From the NCBI RefSeq assembly GCF_009914755.1, contig NC_060944.1: 64,000 nt of DNA, one strand, 5' to 3'. The position numbers were made by a program, and so were the translations under genes. The DNA comes from the human T2T-CHM13v2.0 reference genome, Homo sapiens. The notes under the pieces are model-generated. The model was not told the origin of the DNA. It ran no database searches and worked only from the letters and a program-made list of their open reading frames with translations. Of this stretch, positions 26,965-41,855 are shown piece by piece. Each line of letters starts with the position of its first letter. The first letter of the stretch is position 1.

Positions 26965-27170
26965 AATAGCAGAAGTTTGAGACTCACACTTTAGTTTGGG
27001 TCTCAGCTTGGCCGCTTATTGGCTCTGTAGCCTTAGGGAAAATTGCTTACTCTTTCTGATCTTTACCTTACTTATATATGAAAAATGAGGATAATATACG
27101 AAAGATGAATATACCAGGCTCTTAATCCTGTGCCTGACTCATAGTAGAAACTCAGTGAGTCATACTATTG
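26965..27170 (+). mobile_element. MIR
   Basis: tctcagcttggccgcttattggctctgtagccttagg..aatgaggataata. Confidence 0.55.
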
Positions 27171-29004
27171 ATTTTTATTTTTTATTGGTAAGAGGTTGAA
27201 ATGATATTTTTAGTTTATTGTCTGTGAGAACCATGGCCTTGGTGGAAATTAATTCACTCATATTCCAGCGGAAGAGTCATGTTTTTGATAATAAAAAAAA
27301 AGGTTGCATTCTATCTTCCTCTTGCTGTTGTCTTCTATGATATATTTTTGTAATATTGGGTTTATTTAGGAGCCTCCAGTGAAATCCTATCTTAGAACAT
27401 AAAGACTTGAATATATTAGCCAAAATGGCAGAACTTTGATTATAAGACTGGCCACAGTATTTTTGCCTATTAACTCTAACAGCTTTGTCCAAATGTGAGA
27501 TTTATATATCTGGAGAGATAATTTTAGGGTAGTAAACAGCATTCAATCATAAAATGAGAAAAAGTATTATTTATTGTCCAACATAACTCAAAGAGTTGGT
27601 GACTACTAGGTCTTTTCCTAGAGAGGACCATCCTGACTTAGGTGCAGAGTGTTCAGCTCACAGCGTCATGTTTCATTGCACTGATTAACTTTATATTATG
27701 TTAAATTTGACATTTTCTCTCAAGTGATACTGGTTTCCAATTTCAGATAAGAATGTGTGCTTCCTCTTTAAATAAAGCTTATTTATTTAAAAAAGCAAAG
27801 TAACTTAATTAATGTTAACTTACAGTGCAGGTATTATATGACCATGCAGTGACAAAAATTTTGGAGGTAGGTGGTGGTACACAGACGCAGTGCAAATCCA
27901 AAGGGTGCAGGACTGAAGTGTGGGAAACTGCAGACCAGTGTACTTATTTTTTAAAATAGGTTTTCTAAAATTTCTTTACTTATAGCCGCCAAATGTCATC
28001 ATTTTATATAAATAACTTAAAAATTAGGTGCTTAGGGAAAAAACTCCCATGTACCCAATACCATCCTCTTACAAGACTTTCCTCTGATATCACCATGTAT
28101 ATGTCACTTCTCACCCCCCAAAAACTGTACAACCTTATTTTGGTTTTGCCCAAGCCCTTATTTTTTCTTCCCTTCATTCGGATGTACAATGGATACTGCT
28201 GTGATTAACAGAAAGAGAAACTAGCAAGTCTCGTCAATGGACTAACTCTTTTATTTAATACAAGTTTCCATGTTTAGAAGAGCAATTCAACTCTTAGAAT
28301 TCATTTTATTATCTTAACACCATACATTCATTCAATAAAAGAAATTTATTTTCCAAACTTTTAAGAAATCATACTTCTTTGAATCCCCTAGCAAAATTGA
28401 CTCTTTATACTAATTTCTCAGTTTCCAGGTTTCTGTCTACCAAAGTGCAGATATGTTGGCTAATCTGTGTAAGAGCCACTTTTTGAGTCTGGGTTCCATT
28501 CCACCAACAGTGGCCTCAAATCTGGAAGTTATCACGAACGTAGTCTAGTCTTCAGCATCCATTAATTCAGTGTGGTGTAAAGTGAGATTGGATAGCAACC
28601 CTTCCCAGAGAGTTTGTCCTCTTGGAGAAGTCTTCACTGGTTTGAATCCATCTTCTCCATTAACTGGTTGCTCTTAACGTCTGATTTTCTCCTGGCTGGC
28701 TGTCTCTTGGCATCCATATTCCTTCCTCAGAATGACTTGCCTTGACTACAACATTTAAGTTGACTCCTCACATCCTTCTAGAACATCACGTAATTTAAAT
28801 CCATGTATAGAACTTAACAATTTTTCTTTATTTTGTGCCATTTATTTCTCTTCTCTTTCTGTTTCTCTGTTTCTATATACATTTTTTTCTTGTTTGTTTT
28901 TCTTCTGTAAGAGAGGGAATGAACAAGATAGCCAAGTCCCTGGCCTCATAGAACTTACTCTAAGAGACATAAGTTTTATCTTACATATATTATTTGCTTA
29001 TGTA

Positions 29005-29162
29005 TTTTTCCTTCCCTCCTTCCTTCTTTCCTTCCTTCCCTCCCTCCCTTCCATATATTATTTGCTTATGTGCTTTTCCTCCCTCCCTCCCTCTTTCCCT
29101 ACCCCTCCCCTCCCTCCCCTCGTCCCTCCCTCCCTTCCTACCTTCCTTCCTTCCTTCCTTTT
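29005..29162. repeat. (CCTT/CCCT)n low-complexity tract
   Basis: Direct inspection. Confidence 0.9.
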
Positions 29163-30908
29163 ATTATTAAATATGTGCATGAAGTAGGTGTTATTTTATG
29201 CCCATTTTACAAATTATTTACATCTGACAGTAAGTTCTCTGAGGCCAGGGACTTTGGCTATCTTGTTCACTGCTGTATCCCCAGGTCGTAGTCCTTAGTA
29301 AATTCTCAATATTTGTTGATTGAATGGATGAATGGTTTTACTTCCTGTCAGAAGAATGGAATGGTGTATTCAGATGTAAGAAGACAAATAGAAAACTGTG
29401 CCTATATCCCATCTCATTTTGCAGTAGATTCTCTTCTGAACAGTAGAACATTTTAGAATTTCTCATAGTTGTTTATATATAATCTGCAAATTCATCATCA
29501 GGAAATACAGCAGTTAATATCAAAGGTTTGGATTTACTCCATTAAAATTAAATTTTATTTGAATTCTTTTGGAGTAGGTAATATGTACCCTTGGTACAAA
29601 ATTCGAGGATACAAAGTTTATACACCAAAGAGTAGAGTTTCCTTTCATCTCCATTTCCTAGAATCATCTCGTTCCCTTTTTCAGAAGCAACCACTGTGAA
29701 TAGTCTCTTCCAGAATAGTCTATATATAAGTAGTTTTGTGTGTGTGTGGGCTTGTGTGCATGTGTGTGTCTGTATGTGCGTTTGCATGCAATTTATACTT
29801 ATATAGTCTTCTGAGCCATGGATTTCTTATTTAGTGATATATCATAGTTTTGAATAATTCGATAGGATTCCCCTGTATGGATATATCTTATATATTTTAT
29901 TTGATTATTTATTTATTCTTCTTTCCTTCCTTCCTTTTTTTTGTTAAATATGTGCATAAAGTAGGTGTTATTTTATGCCCATTTTACAAATTATGAAACT
30001 GAGATACTAAGAGGTTCAGTTTTTGGCCAGCTCACACAGCCTTATGTGTAAGAACCTGGGTTCGAATCCAACGTCTATCTCTTTCATGGAACATTGGGGT
30101 AAATCCATTTTTTTTCCTCTGTTACAAACAGTGCTATAGACCACCCCTCATCATACCCATTGGAGAGCCTGAAGGTGAATAAATTCTTAGAAGTGGGACT
30201 TATTGTTCCAAGGGTATTCACATGTAGAATTTCATGAAAGTTGCTTTGGAGGATGTTCTCCAGCAGTGGACAAGAAAGCCCATTTCCTCTCATTTTGTCA
30301 CATTAGGCCTGAGAGCCTTTTCAACGTTTTGCTAGTCTACGAGGTGAGAAATGGACTCATTTGTGTATAGATTTCCCTAACTTGTGGCTGAGTTTCAAGG
30401 CATTTTATAATTAGAATCTTTTCAGTTGTGCAGGCTTTTTTCTTTTAAGAGTAATATTTACTCAACTCAAAAAGTAGTTATTTAGTGAGCATTTACAAAC
30501 ATATAAATCATAATTTACTGTCTTAAAACACACCTTCCTGGGAAATGGCTCAATGGAAATCTTTTACCTAAAAGATAGGATAAATTATATGTTAACTGTT
30601 ACTGTATTTTTTCTCTAAAAATTAAATTATGAATTTGCACTTTTGATAAATATTATGTTGAATGAAATGATACATATATACATATACATACGTATATACA
30701 TACATATATTTTAAATTTAATCAGATAAATACATATTCATTAATACAGCTCAGTCTATATTCTTGGTCAATCTTATAAAATGCTTCAAGTGTGTCTAGCC
30801 ATGTGGCAGGAGTGGGAGGGTAGGGGATGATGTGAATCTTTGTACTGAGTGCTAGATATAATTTCTGAATGTTGCATTTATGTTGTTCCTGGGTATCTGG
30901 TATCTTGA

Positions 30909-31227
<319 letters not shown>

Positions 31228-31229
31228 TC

Positions 31230-31645
31230 TTTTCCTTTCTCTCTAAGCTCTGGCTATAGCATCTACTTTTCACTCTTCAAATGGTGAACTCTTTTCCGTC
31301 CATGTCTTTGCCATCTCACGCTTCCCTTTGTCAGTAACGTTCTTCCATGGCAGGCTCTGACTTCATTGTCAGGTCAAAAGTCCCCTGCCCAGGGAACTGT
31401 TTGACCATCCAATCTTAGGTGGTCTCCTTCAGGTATTCTCTGTCTCACTCCTTTTTAATTGCATGCAGAATCATGCCTCACAACTGTAATGATTTCTTAA
31501 ATTATTCATTTCTTTGTTGCTTGTTTCTTCTAGTAACCACAAGCACTGAGCGGGTCTTTTTCTGTTTTGTTCATGGCTGAATTCTTAGTGGCTAGAATAG
31601 TATCTGAGCACACAGTAGGTGCTCAATAAATATTTAAGTGAATAA
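31230..31645 (+). mobile_element. L2 3' end
   Basis: cacagtaggtgctcaataaatatt terminus. Confidence 0.6.
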
Positions 31646-32942
31646 TTGAAAACCTGAAATAACATCTTGCATGTTAAATTATGAAAGAGGCAAGTCACCC
31701 TAGCATAGAATACATACTCATATTCATATATGTCAAGAAATTCCAAAAGGTTTGTGGAATTCTATTGTGTGATTCTTGATTCTTGTAGCCTTTTTGCAGT
31801 ATCGCAGCTGCAGTCCCCAGGACAGGCCAAACTGGTAGAAGAGAAACCTGGCCAGGGTGAGAAGGGCCCAATTTTCACCCCTGTCCTACTGCCGGCCATC
31901 TGCTATGAGCAGACCATGTCACTGAACTGCTTACACCTCGGCTTCCGCTGCGGAAGATGGAGACGGAAATGCCTGCCCTCCTTCCCCCACCAGCTGTTCA
32001 CCTCTGCACAGGAAGGGTGACTGTGGTTGTGAAGAGCATCTCAAGTACCCGAAACATTCTATTCAGTCCCAAGTGGGTCTCCGCAGCATCCCACCATTGG
32101 CTTCCTGAGTGGAAAATAGCTGAGAAAACTTGGGATTTTTCTCCAAAATTACCATGACTTGTATCAGATCCCAAACAACTGAATGTATTCTTTACTTTGG
32201 ATTCCAAGAGTGATCTCATATTAGAAAAAGCAGAGTTTAATTTCTGGCAAAGAATGGCAAAAAATGAAAGAAAGAGAGAAAAAGAGAGAGAAAGTGAAAG
32301 AAAGAGAAAAAGAAAGAAAGACAAAGGGAGGGAAAGAAAGAAAATGGACCCACTCTATCTACAACAAAGGATATCATATGTATATATGACATATATATCA
32401 TATATATAAATTCATATGTCATATATATAAATTCTTTTAATTTAACCAGTATTTTATATTACATATACATGGTAGAGAAAGAAAACAATGCAAAAAAGGA
32501 TAGAATGAAGAGAAAAATTTTCTCCAACCCCAGACTGGTCTCACTTCCTGGGGTTAGTCATTCTTAGCAGATTCTTGTATATTAGTACAGAGACGTTTAT
32601 TAGAGGCAAGCATAAAAGTGCGTGTACTTGTGTGTATATATATAATTTGTTTTACACACATGGGTTCATATTATACAATCCTATTATATACTTTGTCCCT
32701 TTTAACGTATGTTGAAACACTTTTCAAAAATTTTTATGAATGGTCAATATTCATTTTTTTCTATGTCACAATTTCTTTAATGTAGTCCACTAACAATGGA
32801 CATTTTTAGGTAGTTTCCAGGTTTTGCTATATAAACAATGAGGTAGTGACATCCTTGGGTATACACTCACGCATACATGATACTGTATTTCTAAGATAAG
32901 TCCTAAAAAAAAGAGTTACTCTTACACAGTTGTGTACATTTA

Positions 32943-33511
<569 letters not shown>

Positions 33512-33829
33512 CTAATTCTATCCTACCTTTCTTACAACTTTCCTGTGCCTTCCCCTTGCACATGAATATCTCTGAAATGTACTCAGGACACTGTGTGACC
33601 CAGAGCCTGCTGCGTTCACTCGCTGTGTCACACCATACTACCCAAAATCAGTGCATGAGCCCAACACACCACCTTTAGTTCCTCCAGTAGGCACGCGCTT
33701 TCCTTTGTCACCATCCTTATATGTGCTCTTCCTATTGACTAGCAAGTTCTTCCCCTTACTCTTAGTTTCTCTAATTACTGCTCATCTTGAAAATCCAGGA
33801 AATCTTTTTCTGACATATCCCAGTCTAAA

Positions 33830-34338
33830 TGGTAGGGGTAGCCACATGCTACATGTGGACATGTAAATTTAATTAAAATTAAATATAAACTTAAAAACCC
33901 AATCCTTAGTCACACTAGCCACATTTTAAGTGATAAATAGCCACGTACATAGTCATCAGTGGCTACCATATTGGACAACACAGATATTTTTCTAGGCTGA
34001 ATGCGGTGGCTCAGTCCTGTAATCCCAGCACTTTGGGAGGCTGAGGTGGGAGGATTGCTTGAGGCCAGGAGATTGAGACAAACCTGGGCAACATAACGAG
34101 ACCCTCGTCTCTACAAAAATTAAAAAAACTTTGTTGGGTGTGGTGGCTGGCACCTGTACTCCTAACTACTCAGGAGGCTGAGGTGGGAGGATCATTTAGG
34201 CCCAGGAGTTGGAGGCTGCAGTGAGCCATGATCATGCCACTGCACTCCAGCCTGGGTGACAGACTGAGACCAAGTCTCAAAATAAAAATTAAAAATTAAA
34301 TATTTCTATAATTGTAGAGAATTCTATTGGACAGTGCT
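33830..34338. mobile_element. MER3-like (hAT-Charlie), split by AluJ
   Basis: cactagccacattttaagtg, gtggctaccatattggacaac, ttctattggacagtgct. Confidence 0.75.
33995..34300 (+). mobile_element. AluJ
   Basis: ggaggattgcttgagg, ggaggctgcagtgagccatgatc. Confidence 0.9.
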
Positions 34339-34752
34339 TCCCTATATTACTTCTTCATAATACTCATGGCTATTTAAAAATACTTGTTTTGAGAGTGTTG
34401 TTTTGATGATTTTAGCCTCACTAGCCTGTGAGCTTCACAAGGGCACAGCTTGTCTCACTTCTTGCTTTTTCCCTTATATTAAATGTTCAATAACTATCTG
34501 TTGAATGAATGATGAGTGAATGAATTAAAGAATTCCTCTCAGCTCTTCGCTTTATTGTTGTACTCTTAATGTTCAGTGGACCTTCTGGGAAGGAGCTGGA
34601 TGTTCTACACTTTTACCGATTTCCTTCAAAACTGCAGTTGGATACCTTAGCAAGACTCATTCATCTGGGGATATTTAGCCTTTCCTATTGGGTTTGACAT
34701 TTCAGAATCCATTGCTTAACTGTGGGAAGATTGACTATGATTGAGCTAGACC

Positions 34753-35235
34753 TGTGTGGTGAGCATGGTTTTAATAGTTTGCTTCCCAGATCTCCATCCC
34801 TGTCTTAATGACTGAAGCATTCCTTCTACCAGCTGCTTGGAGTGTGACTCAGTGACAGCTTGCAGCTGAGCTGGTACTTAGTTGGGTGTGGTGGCTGGCA
34901 CCTTTAGGCAAGGTAGCTTGGCCCATGGTTCTCCCTTGATTTTACCCAATGTTCTCAAAACTAAAATAGCTCGTTAGTTTAATTTTCATAAAATGGAAAT
35001 TTGATAGATCATATTTTATTTATTATGTTGTTAAAATGCCCCACTCTCCTCAGTAGATTCATACACTGAAAAAACTCTTTGAAGCCCTTGCTGAGAGTAC
35101 ATCACAGCTGACCTGTGCCCGCCCTTGACTCCCTCCAAGGTGCTGATCCTGAGAGCCCTCCGCAGTGAACACCCTGCATGCAGATCTCCTTCTTGGAACC
35201 TGTTCCTGGAAAACCCAGTCTCCAGCAACCTGATA
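34753..35235 (+). mobile_element. LTR16-like ERVL LTR interrupted by a templated insertion
   Basis: gtgctgatcctgagagc..ctgcatgcagatctcc..ttcctggaaaaccca 3' block; 5' block at 34753-34875. Confidence 0.5.
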
Positions 35236-35842
35236 TGTAACTGCAAATCTGCAACTCTAGACCAACCTTCTAAAGAGGGATTTAAGACCTTTTTCAAGAA
35301 TCTGGCTTGATTTTTTGGCCCATGGTTCTCCCTTTATTTTACTCAATGTTCTCAAAACTAAAATGGCTCTTTAATTTGATTTTCGTAAAATGGAAATTTG
35401 GTAGATCATATTTTATTTACTATGTTGTTAAAATGCCCCAATCTCCTCAGTAGATTCATACACTGAAAAAAAAATAAAAAAGAAAATACCTTAACTGGTT
35501 CATTACATTGAATTTGCACTGGGTAAAGGGTTAGTACCAACTGTGTTTTTCTCTGGGAGGAAGAAGCTCCAAACAGTAGGCAAGATTTCTGTGCCTTAAA
35601 GAAATGTTACTTTAGCTTTTCTTGCTTCAATGGCCTAATAGCAGCTCTTCCTGAGTACCTGTTTATATCACCATAAAAAGGGAATGCTGGTTATAGCTCG
35701 TTGTAGCCAGAGGGAAGAGAGATGCTTTTGTCTGTGGGATTGATTCCACTTTAATCCTGAACAGGGTATTTGGCCATCAAGTAGCCTACTGACTGAGGGG
35801 AGAAAATTTTATTTTAATTTTTTCTCATAACTGTCAATTTCA

Positions 35843-36317
<475 letters not shown>

Positions 36318-36825
36318 TTATCATACAGAAGTAAATTTCTGAAGTTAAATTCATTTTAGAGAGACAGGCACAGGATCAAGCGTGTGTGAAGGAGATTGGA
36401 CGTTTTATTGGCATTAAATTTTGAAGCTTAGTTTTCAGACACAGATGAAGTTGAATATTATAAAGATGAAGAAAAGACCTTTTGTTAGACTAATTGCTCT
36501 AATATTAACTCAAGAATGGGTCAACTTTCTGCAAGTTAAGGTCATGCATTCTAGGGAATTCGATCTTGATTTTAAATAGGTGTCATGAATACAAAGTTAG
36601 AAATACCAGTTTCTCCTTTTATCTTACAAAGGTGTAGGCTGAGAAAGGCACTGGCATATTAGCTGGAGAAAGACTAACAGGAAGAATATAAGGGTTATTA
36701 AAAATGTTTCCTACTATTCTCTGATCTAGAGAGGCATGCAAGTGAAGATCATATTAAATTTAAGGGAGAGCATATTGGATGAATAACATCAGTTCAAGTT
36801 TTGAAATCCTTGAGAAGAAAAAAAG

Positions 36826-37155
<330 letters not shown>

Positions 37156-37169
37156 TTAGAGTACAGAGA

Positions 37170-37500
37170 GATTCGATATTAACTTCTCCAATTCTGTACT
37201 TTACAGATGGGGAAACTGAGGGCAAGTGAGATTTCATGATTTCTCTAAGATTCTGGCCTCTTAGTAACCACATTTTTAAGCTGTAAAACATATAACCTGG
37301 TGGCTCAGAGCATAAACCTCTGTGGGAGGCGGTGGACAGACAGATCTTTCTATACCATGGCTACATTGTGATTCTGGACACGTTACTTAACCTCTCCTAA
37401 TTTCTGTTTCCTCAGTTAAACAATATCAATAATTATGGCTCCTGAATCACAGGGATGTCTTGAACATTAAATAAAATAGTTGCTGTAGAGCCTTTTCATA
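37170..37500. mobile_element. Two MIR fragments in opposite orientations
   Basis: ttacagatggggaaactgagg; gttacttaacctctc..tctgtttcctca. Confidence 0.6.
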
Positions 37501-40500
37501 ACCCATTAGCTACTTTGAAAAGCAGATTCTGAAGTTGCGGACCATGGCTGGTTGTTCACCTGGATTCCTGAGCCCTGGAACATAATGGGTCCTTAATGAA
37601 TCAATGAATGAATATTACAAACCCGAATGTAGAGACACTGCTTCATGCATTATGCAGGCTAAAATTGTCATCCATTTAAAATGCCAATTTAAACAGTCTT
37701 ACATTTGAACAACATGCAGCTACTTTACTTTTGGAATATCTAGTTCTGAACTCTTGTAATTGAAGTGTAAACTTGTGTAACATAAGCATAGGTAACATCT
37801 TCTAAATGGAGGAGTGGAAGGTTAAAAGGTGGCATAATCTATTATAAGATTAAAAACATCATCCACTAATGAGTTTGAGGTTTTCATGTTTTGCTCTATT
37901 CTATGTTACTCCATTTGCTATATCTTGTAGAAAATTGTCCTGACATATTGTGGAGTAGGAGGAAAAAAGTGAGTGTCAGAAAAAAAGGAATTCTGGCACA
38001 AATGTGTCCACATATATATTTCTGCATGCTTGTAGGAAAATGAAGAAAGGAAAGACTTCTAATAGTAACTATGATAAAGGAACTGTGTTTTCCTTGAAGT
38101 GGGTGGAAGTGAGTTGAGTGGTCATTTGCTTTTGTATTTTTGTGCTTTTGTATTTATTTATCTGCTTATCTAGTAATCTATATTATTTATTCATTTATAC
38201 AGTGTACATTCTTACCTTTTGTAATACAATGAAAACAATATTATGACCCTAATTGACCAGAGACAAGGAACAGTGGTTGGAAGGTGATTTCTTTTAGTGA
38301 ATCTATTTAAGTTAAAATATTTTGAAAATCCCTTCTCTATGTCGTAAGGGTACATACTCAGATATTGTATTGTGTTGTCTTAAAAGACATCATCCAGTAA
38401 CATCACTAAATTTTTCTCTTATGTATCTTTTGGGACCTTGGAGAGCAACAGATCATGTTCATCCATATGTAAATTAATCCATTTGTCACTTTCACTGTAT
38501 ATTTTGTGTTGCAGGAGAATTAGTGAGGCGGTGTTACTTTCTGCACCTTAGCATAATTATTGTGTCATTGTCAGAGACAGTGTAAATCTTGACATTTACA
38601 ATGGAATATATTTTCCTTTAGTGACCATTACTAATGTTGTTTTAATTAAAAGCACTGATAGCTCAGGGTTTTCAGCAACATCTCTCCCATTGTCATAAAT
38701 TAGAGGATTAAATTGTCTTATTTCATATCCTACTATGTTTACCAAGGGAACAATAGCAATTCTAGTTTGTCAAAGGAGAGAAAGATGGGATTTGGATTAA
38801 TCTGCTCATATATTTAAGAATTGCAGCTTGGGTCAGTGAGAGACTGTGGTCAGATTGAGCAATTGGGAAGAGGAAGTTGGGTCATGTTTTCAGAGTAAAT
38901 CAAGCTGATTTGGAAATAAAATGTACCTTGATAATTTGTTTACTTTTAATTTTTGTCACACTGCAAGTGTTGGTGTTTGCTGTTACGTAGCAAAATTACA
39001 TTCAATATTTAAGGGCCACGATCCTGGTGAACTGTATAAAGAGTATGTTTTGTTTAGGACAATAATAGAAAGTGGGGAAGGAGAAAATCATGTTCTATTG
39101 AGCTTATTTTATTCACAAGCTAGTATTTTTGCAGATTTTCACTCTTTAGCCAAAAAAGACTTTTTTTCTCCCCTGTGGAAGAATAAAGCCATCTAACTGT
39201 CATTTAAGGGCAGTCACTTGTAATGCAAATATAGAAATATGGAAATATTGACAGATATGAGCTATATGCATCAGCATTCTGAGTTTGAAATTAATAATAA
39301 TGGGACACTGACTAATAGCTGGTTCTGTACAGCACTATATGCTTGTACAGGGTAAACAGTTACTACCGGTGACCCCAATTTCATGGATGAAGAAGTTGGG
39401 GATCAGAGCACTGTCAAAGCTTGTCCTAGGCCACATGGTCAAGAGAGATGAACCTAGAATTTGAACTTGGGAATGTTTAATTAATTCTTAATTTAACTCT
39501 TGGGATAAGGTTTAAACATTGCTGTTACTCCCTTGGGAGAGAGAGGAGGATTCTTACATGCCATGCTAGATTTTCTGTATTCATCCTTTTTAATTCTCTT
39601 TTCACTAATCCTTTAAGGCATGTGTTATTAACTTCATTTAAGTTTTCAGGAAACTCAGGCTCCAAGAATTTGGAAGTTGTCCAGAGTTACAGACAGGGTA
39701 AAGGATTGGATAGAGTTTGAATTTGTATTTGTGGTACCGGTGTCCATGCTAGTTCTGTTACCTATACCTACCCTGATACAGACAGACCTAGAAGTCTCAT
39801 CAGAATGCTGGATGGATGAGGAAGTGTGGGTGAATCAGGCATCACCCACAAAGACTGCGTCTGTGAATGTTCTGCTAATATGGCAGTTATTGTACTGCTA
39901 TGCAGCCAATAATAGTGGAATTATTACTGAGTGGGAGGCTCTGTGTTTCACTTATGTTGTCTCTATGGCCAATTTAAAAACATCTCTGTGTACATTAGTA
40001 AGGTTAAGACACAGATTAATCAATCACATTTACACAAACAAGATGCTCACATCCACCGTTTATGGTTAATCACATTACTTGACCAAGTAGCAATACAGCA
40101 TAATGGTTAAATCTGGGATTCAATGGAATCTCAGTCTATTCTGACGTGTTGTCACTGAACTCATTTTACAGGTAAAGAAGTTTGGGCTTGGAGGGATGCA
40201 CAATTCACTGAAGATTGCTCACCTCGGAACAGGAGGAGCGAGGGGCTCAGATCCATGCCTTCTCTGCTTAATCTCTGCTATATTGATGCATAGTCCTGTA
40301 GCCAATCCTTGTAATTTTAATATTAGTAACAGGGCTAGGTGAATACCCCAGGTTACCACTTGAAGATTGTCTCTTTTAGATATGTTCTCAAACTGCTTTA
40401 TTTACCTGATCCTCTGCAAATGAGGAGAAACTTCAAGAAGTTGCTAAATGAAAAAGTTAAAAAGTGGATTTTAAGGAAACTAAAGTGAATGCCATACAAC

Positions 40501-40897
40501 TGACTTGAAAAAACAAAGGAAGAAGATGCAGCAGGGGTTTGAGCACTCTTTGTGGGTTTATTTCTTTAGGAAAAAAGACTAAAGCTAAATTCCATAGTTA
40601 GAATCTTTAGAAGAATCTTAATAACCAAGATCATCACCAATATAATAAACTAAATTTGAACACTGGACACGAAAAAAATAGGGAAGGCCACATAGATGTC
40701 AATAAACATTTTTCTTCTTTTTATTGTCATTGTTTTGCTGAATTTTATAATATTTTCCTTTTAATAACCTAATATGAACCTACTGCCCCAATACAAAATT
40801 ATCATTTTGGTATATTTCTTCCTATTTTTTTCTCCTAAACATTGAAAGTTTCACATGGTTACAAGGATCACATATTTACAATGTCATACCCAGTGTA

Positions 40898-41258
<361 letters not shown>

Positions 41259-41525
41259 TAACTTTAAAACTGTGAGTTTGAAGTCTATGATGACTAGGTA
41301 CGTAGTTTACTTGATAGTAAAAACATTTAAGTTGTTTTTAACTAAAAGTGACACTCAGGCTTGTAACTTTGACCATGTTTTAGATTGTTTCCTTGGAATG
41401 GATGTGATAATGAAGTTAGAGAGTTTGAATATTTTTATGGCTCTTAATACATATTACAAATTAACTTCCCTATGGGCTACGATTTACATTACAGCCAGTT
41501 TTTAAGGCTAGAAATCTGGCAGTGG

Positions 41526-41809
41526 GGCTGGGCGCGGTGGCTCACGCCTGTAATCCCAGCACTTTGGGAGGCCAAGGCGGGTGGATCAGGAGGTCAGGAG
41601 ATCGAGACTATCCTGGCTAACACGATGAAACCCCATCTCTACTAAAAATACAAAAAATTAGCTGGGCGTGGTGGTGGGCGCCTGTAGACCCAGCTACTCA
41701 GGAGGTTGAGGCAGGAGAATGGCATGAACCCGGGAGGCGGAGCTTGCAGTGAGCCGAGATTGCGGCACTGCACTCTAGCCTGGGTGACAGAGCGAGACTC
41801 ACTCTCAAA

Positions 41810-41840
<31 letters not shown>

Positions 41841-41855
41841 GGAAAAAGAAAAAAT
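41526..41855 (+). mobile_element. AluY
   Basis: Y diagnostics; 14-bp TSD aaatctggcagtgg. Confidence 0.94.
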
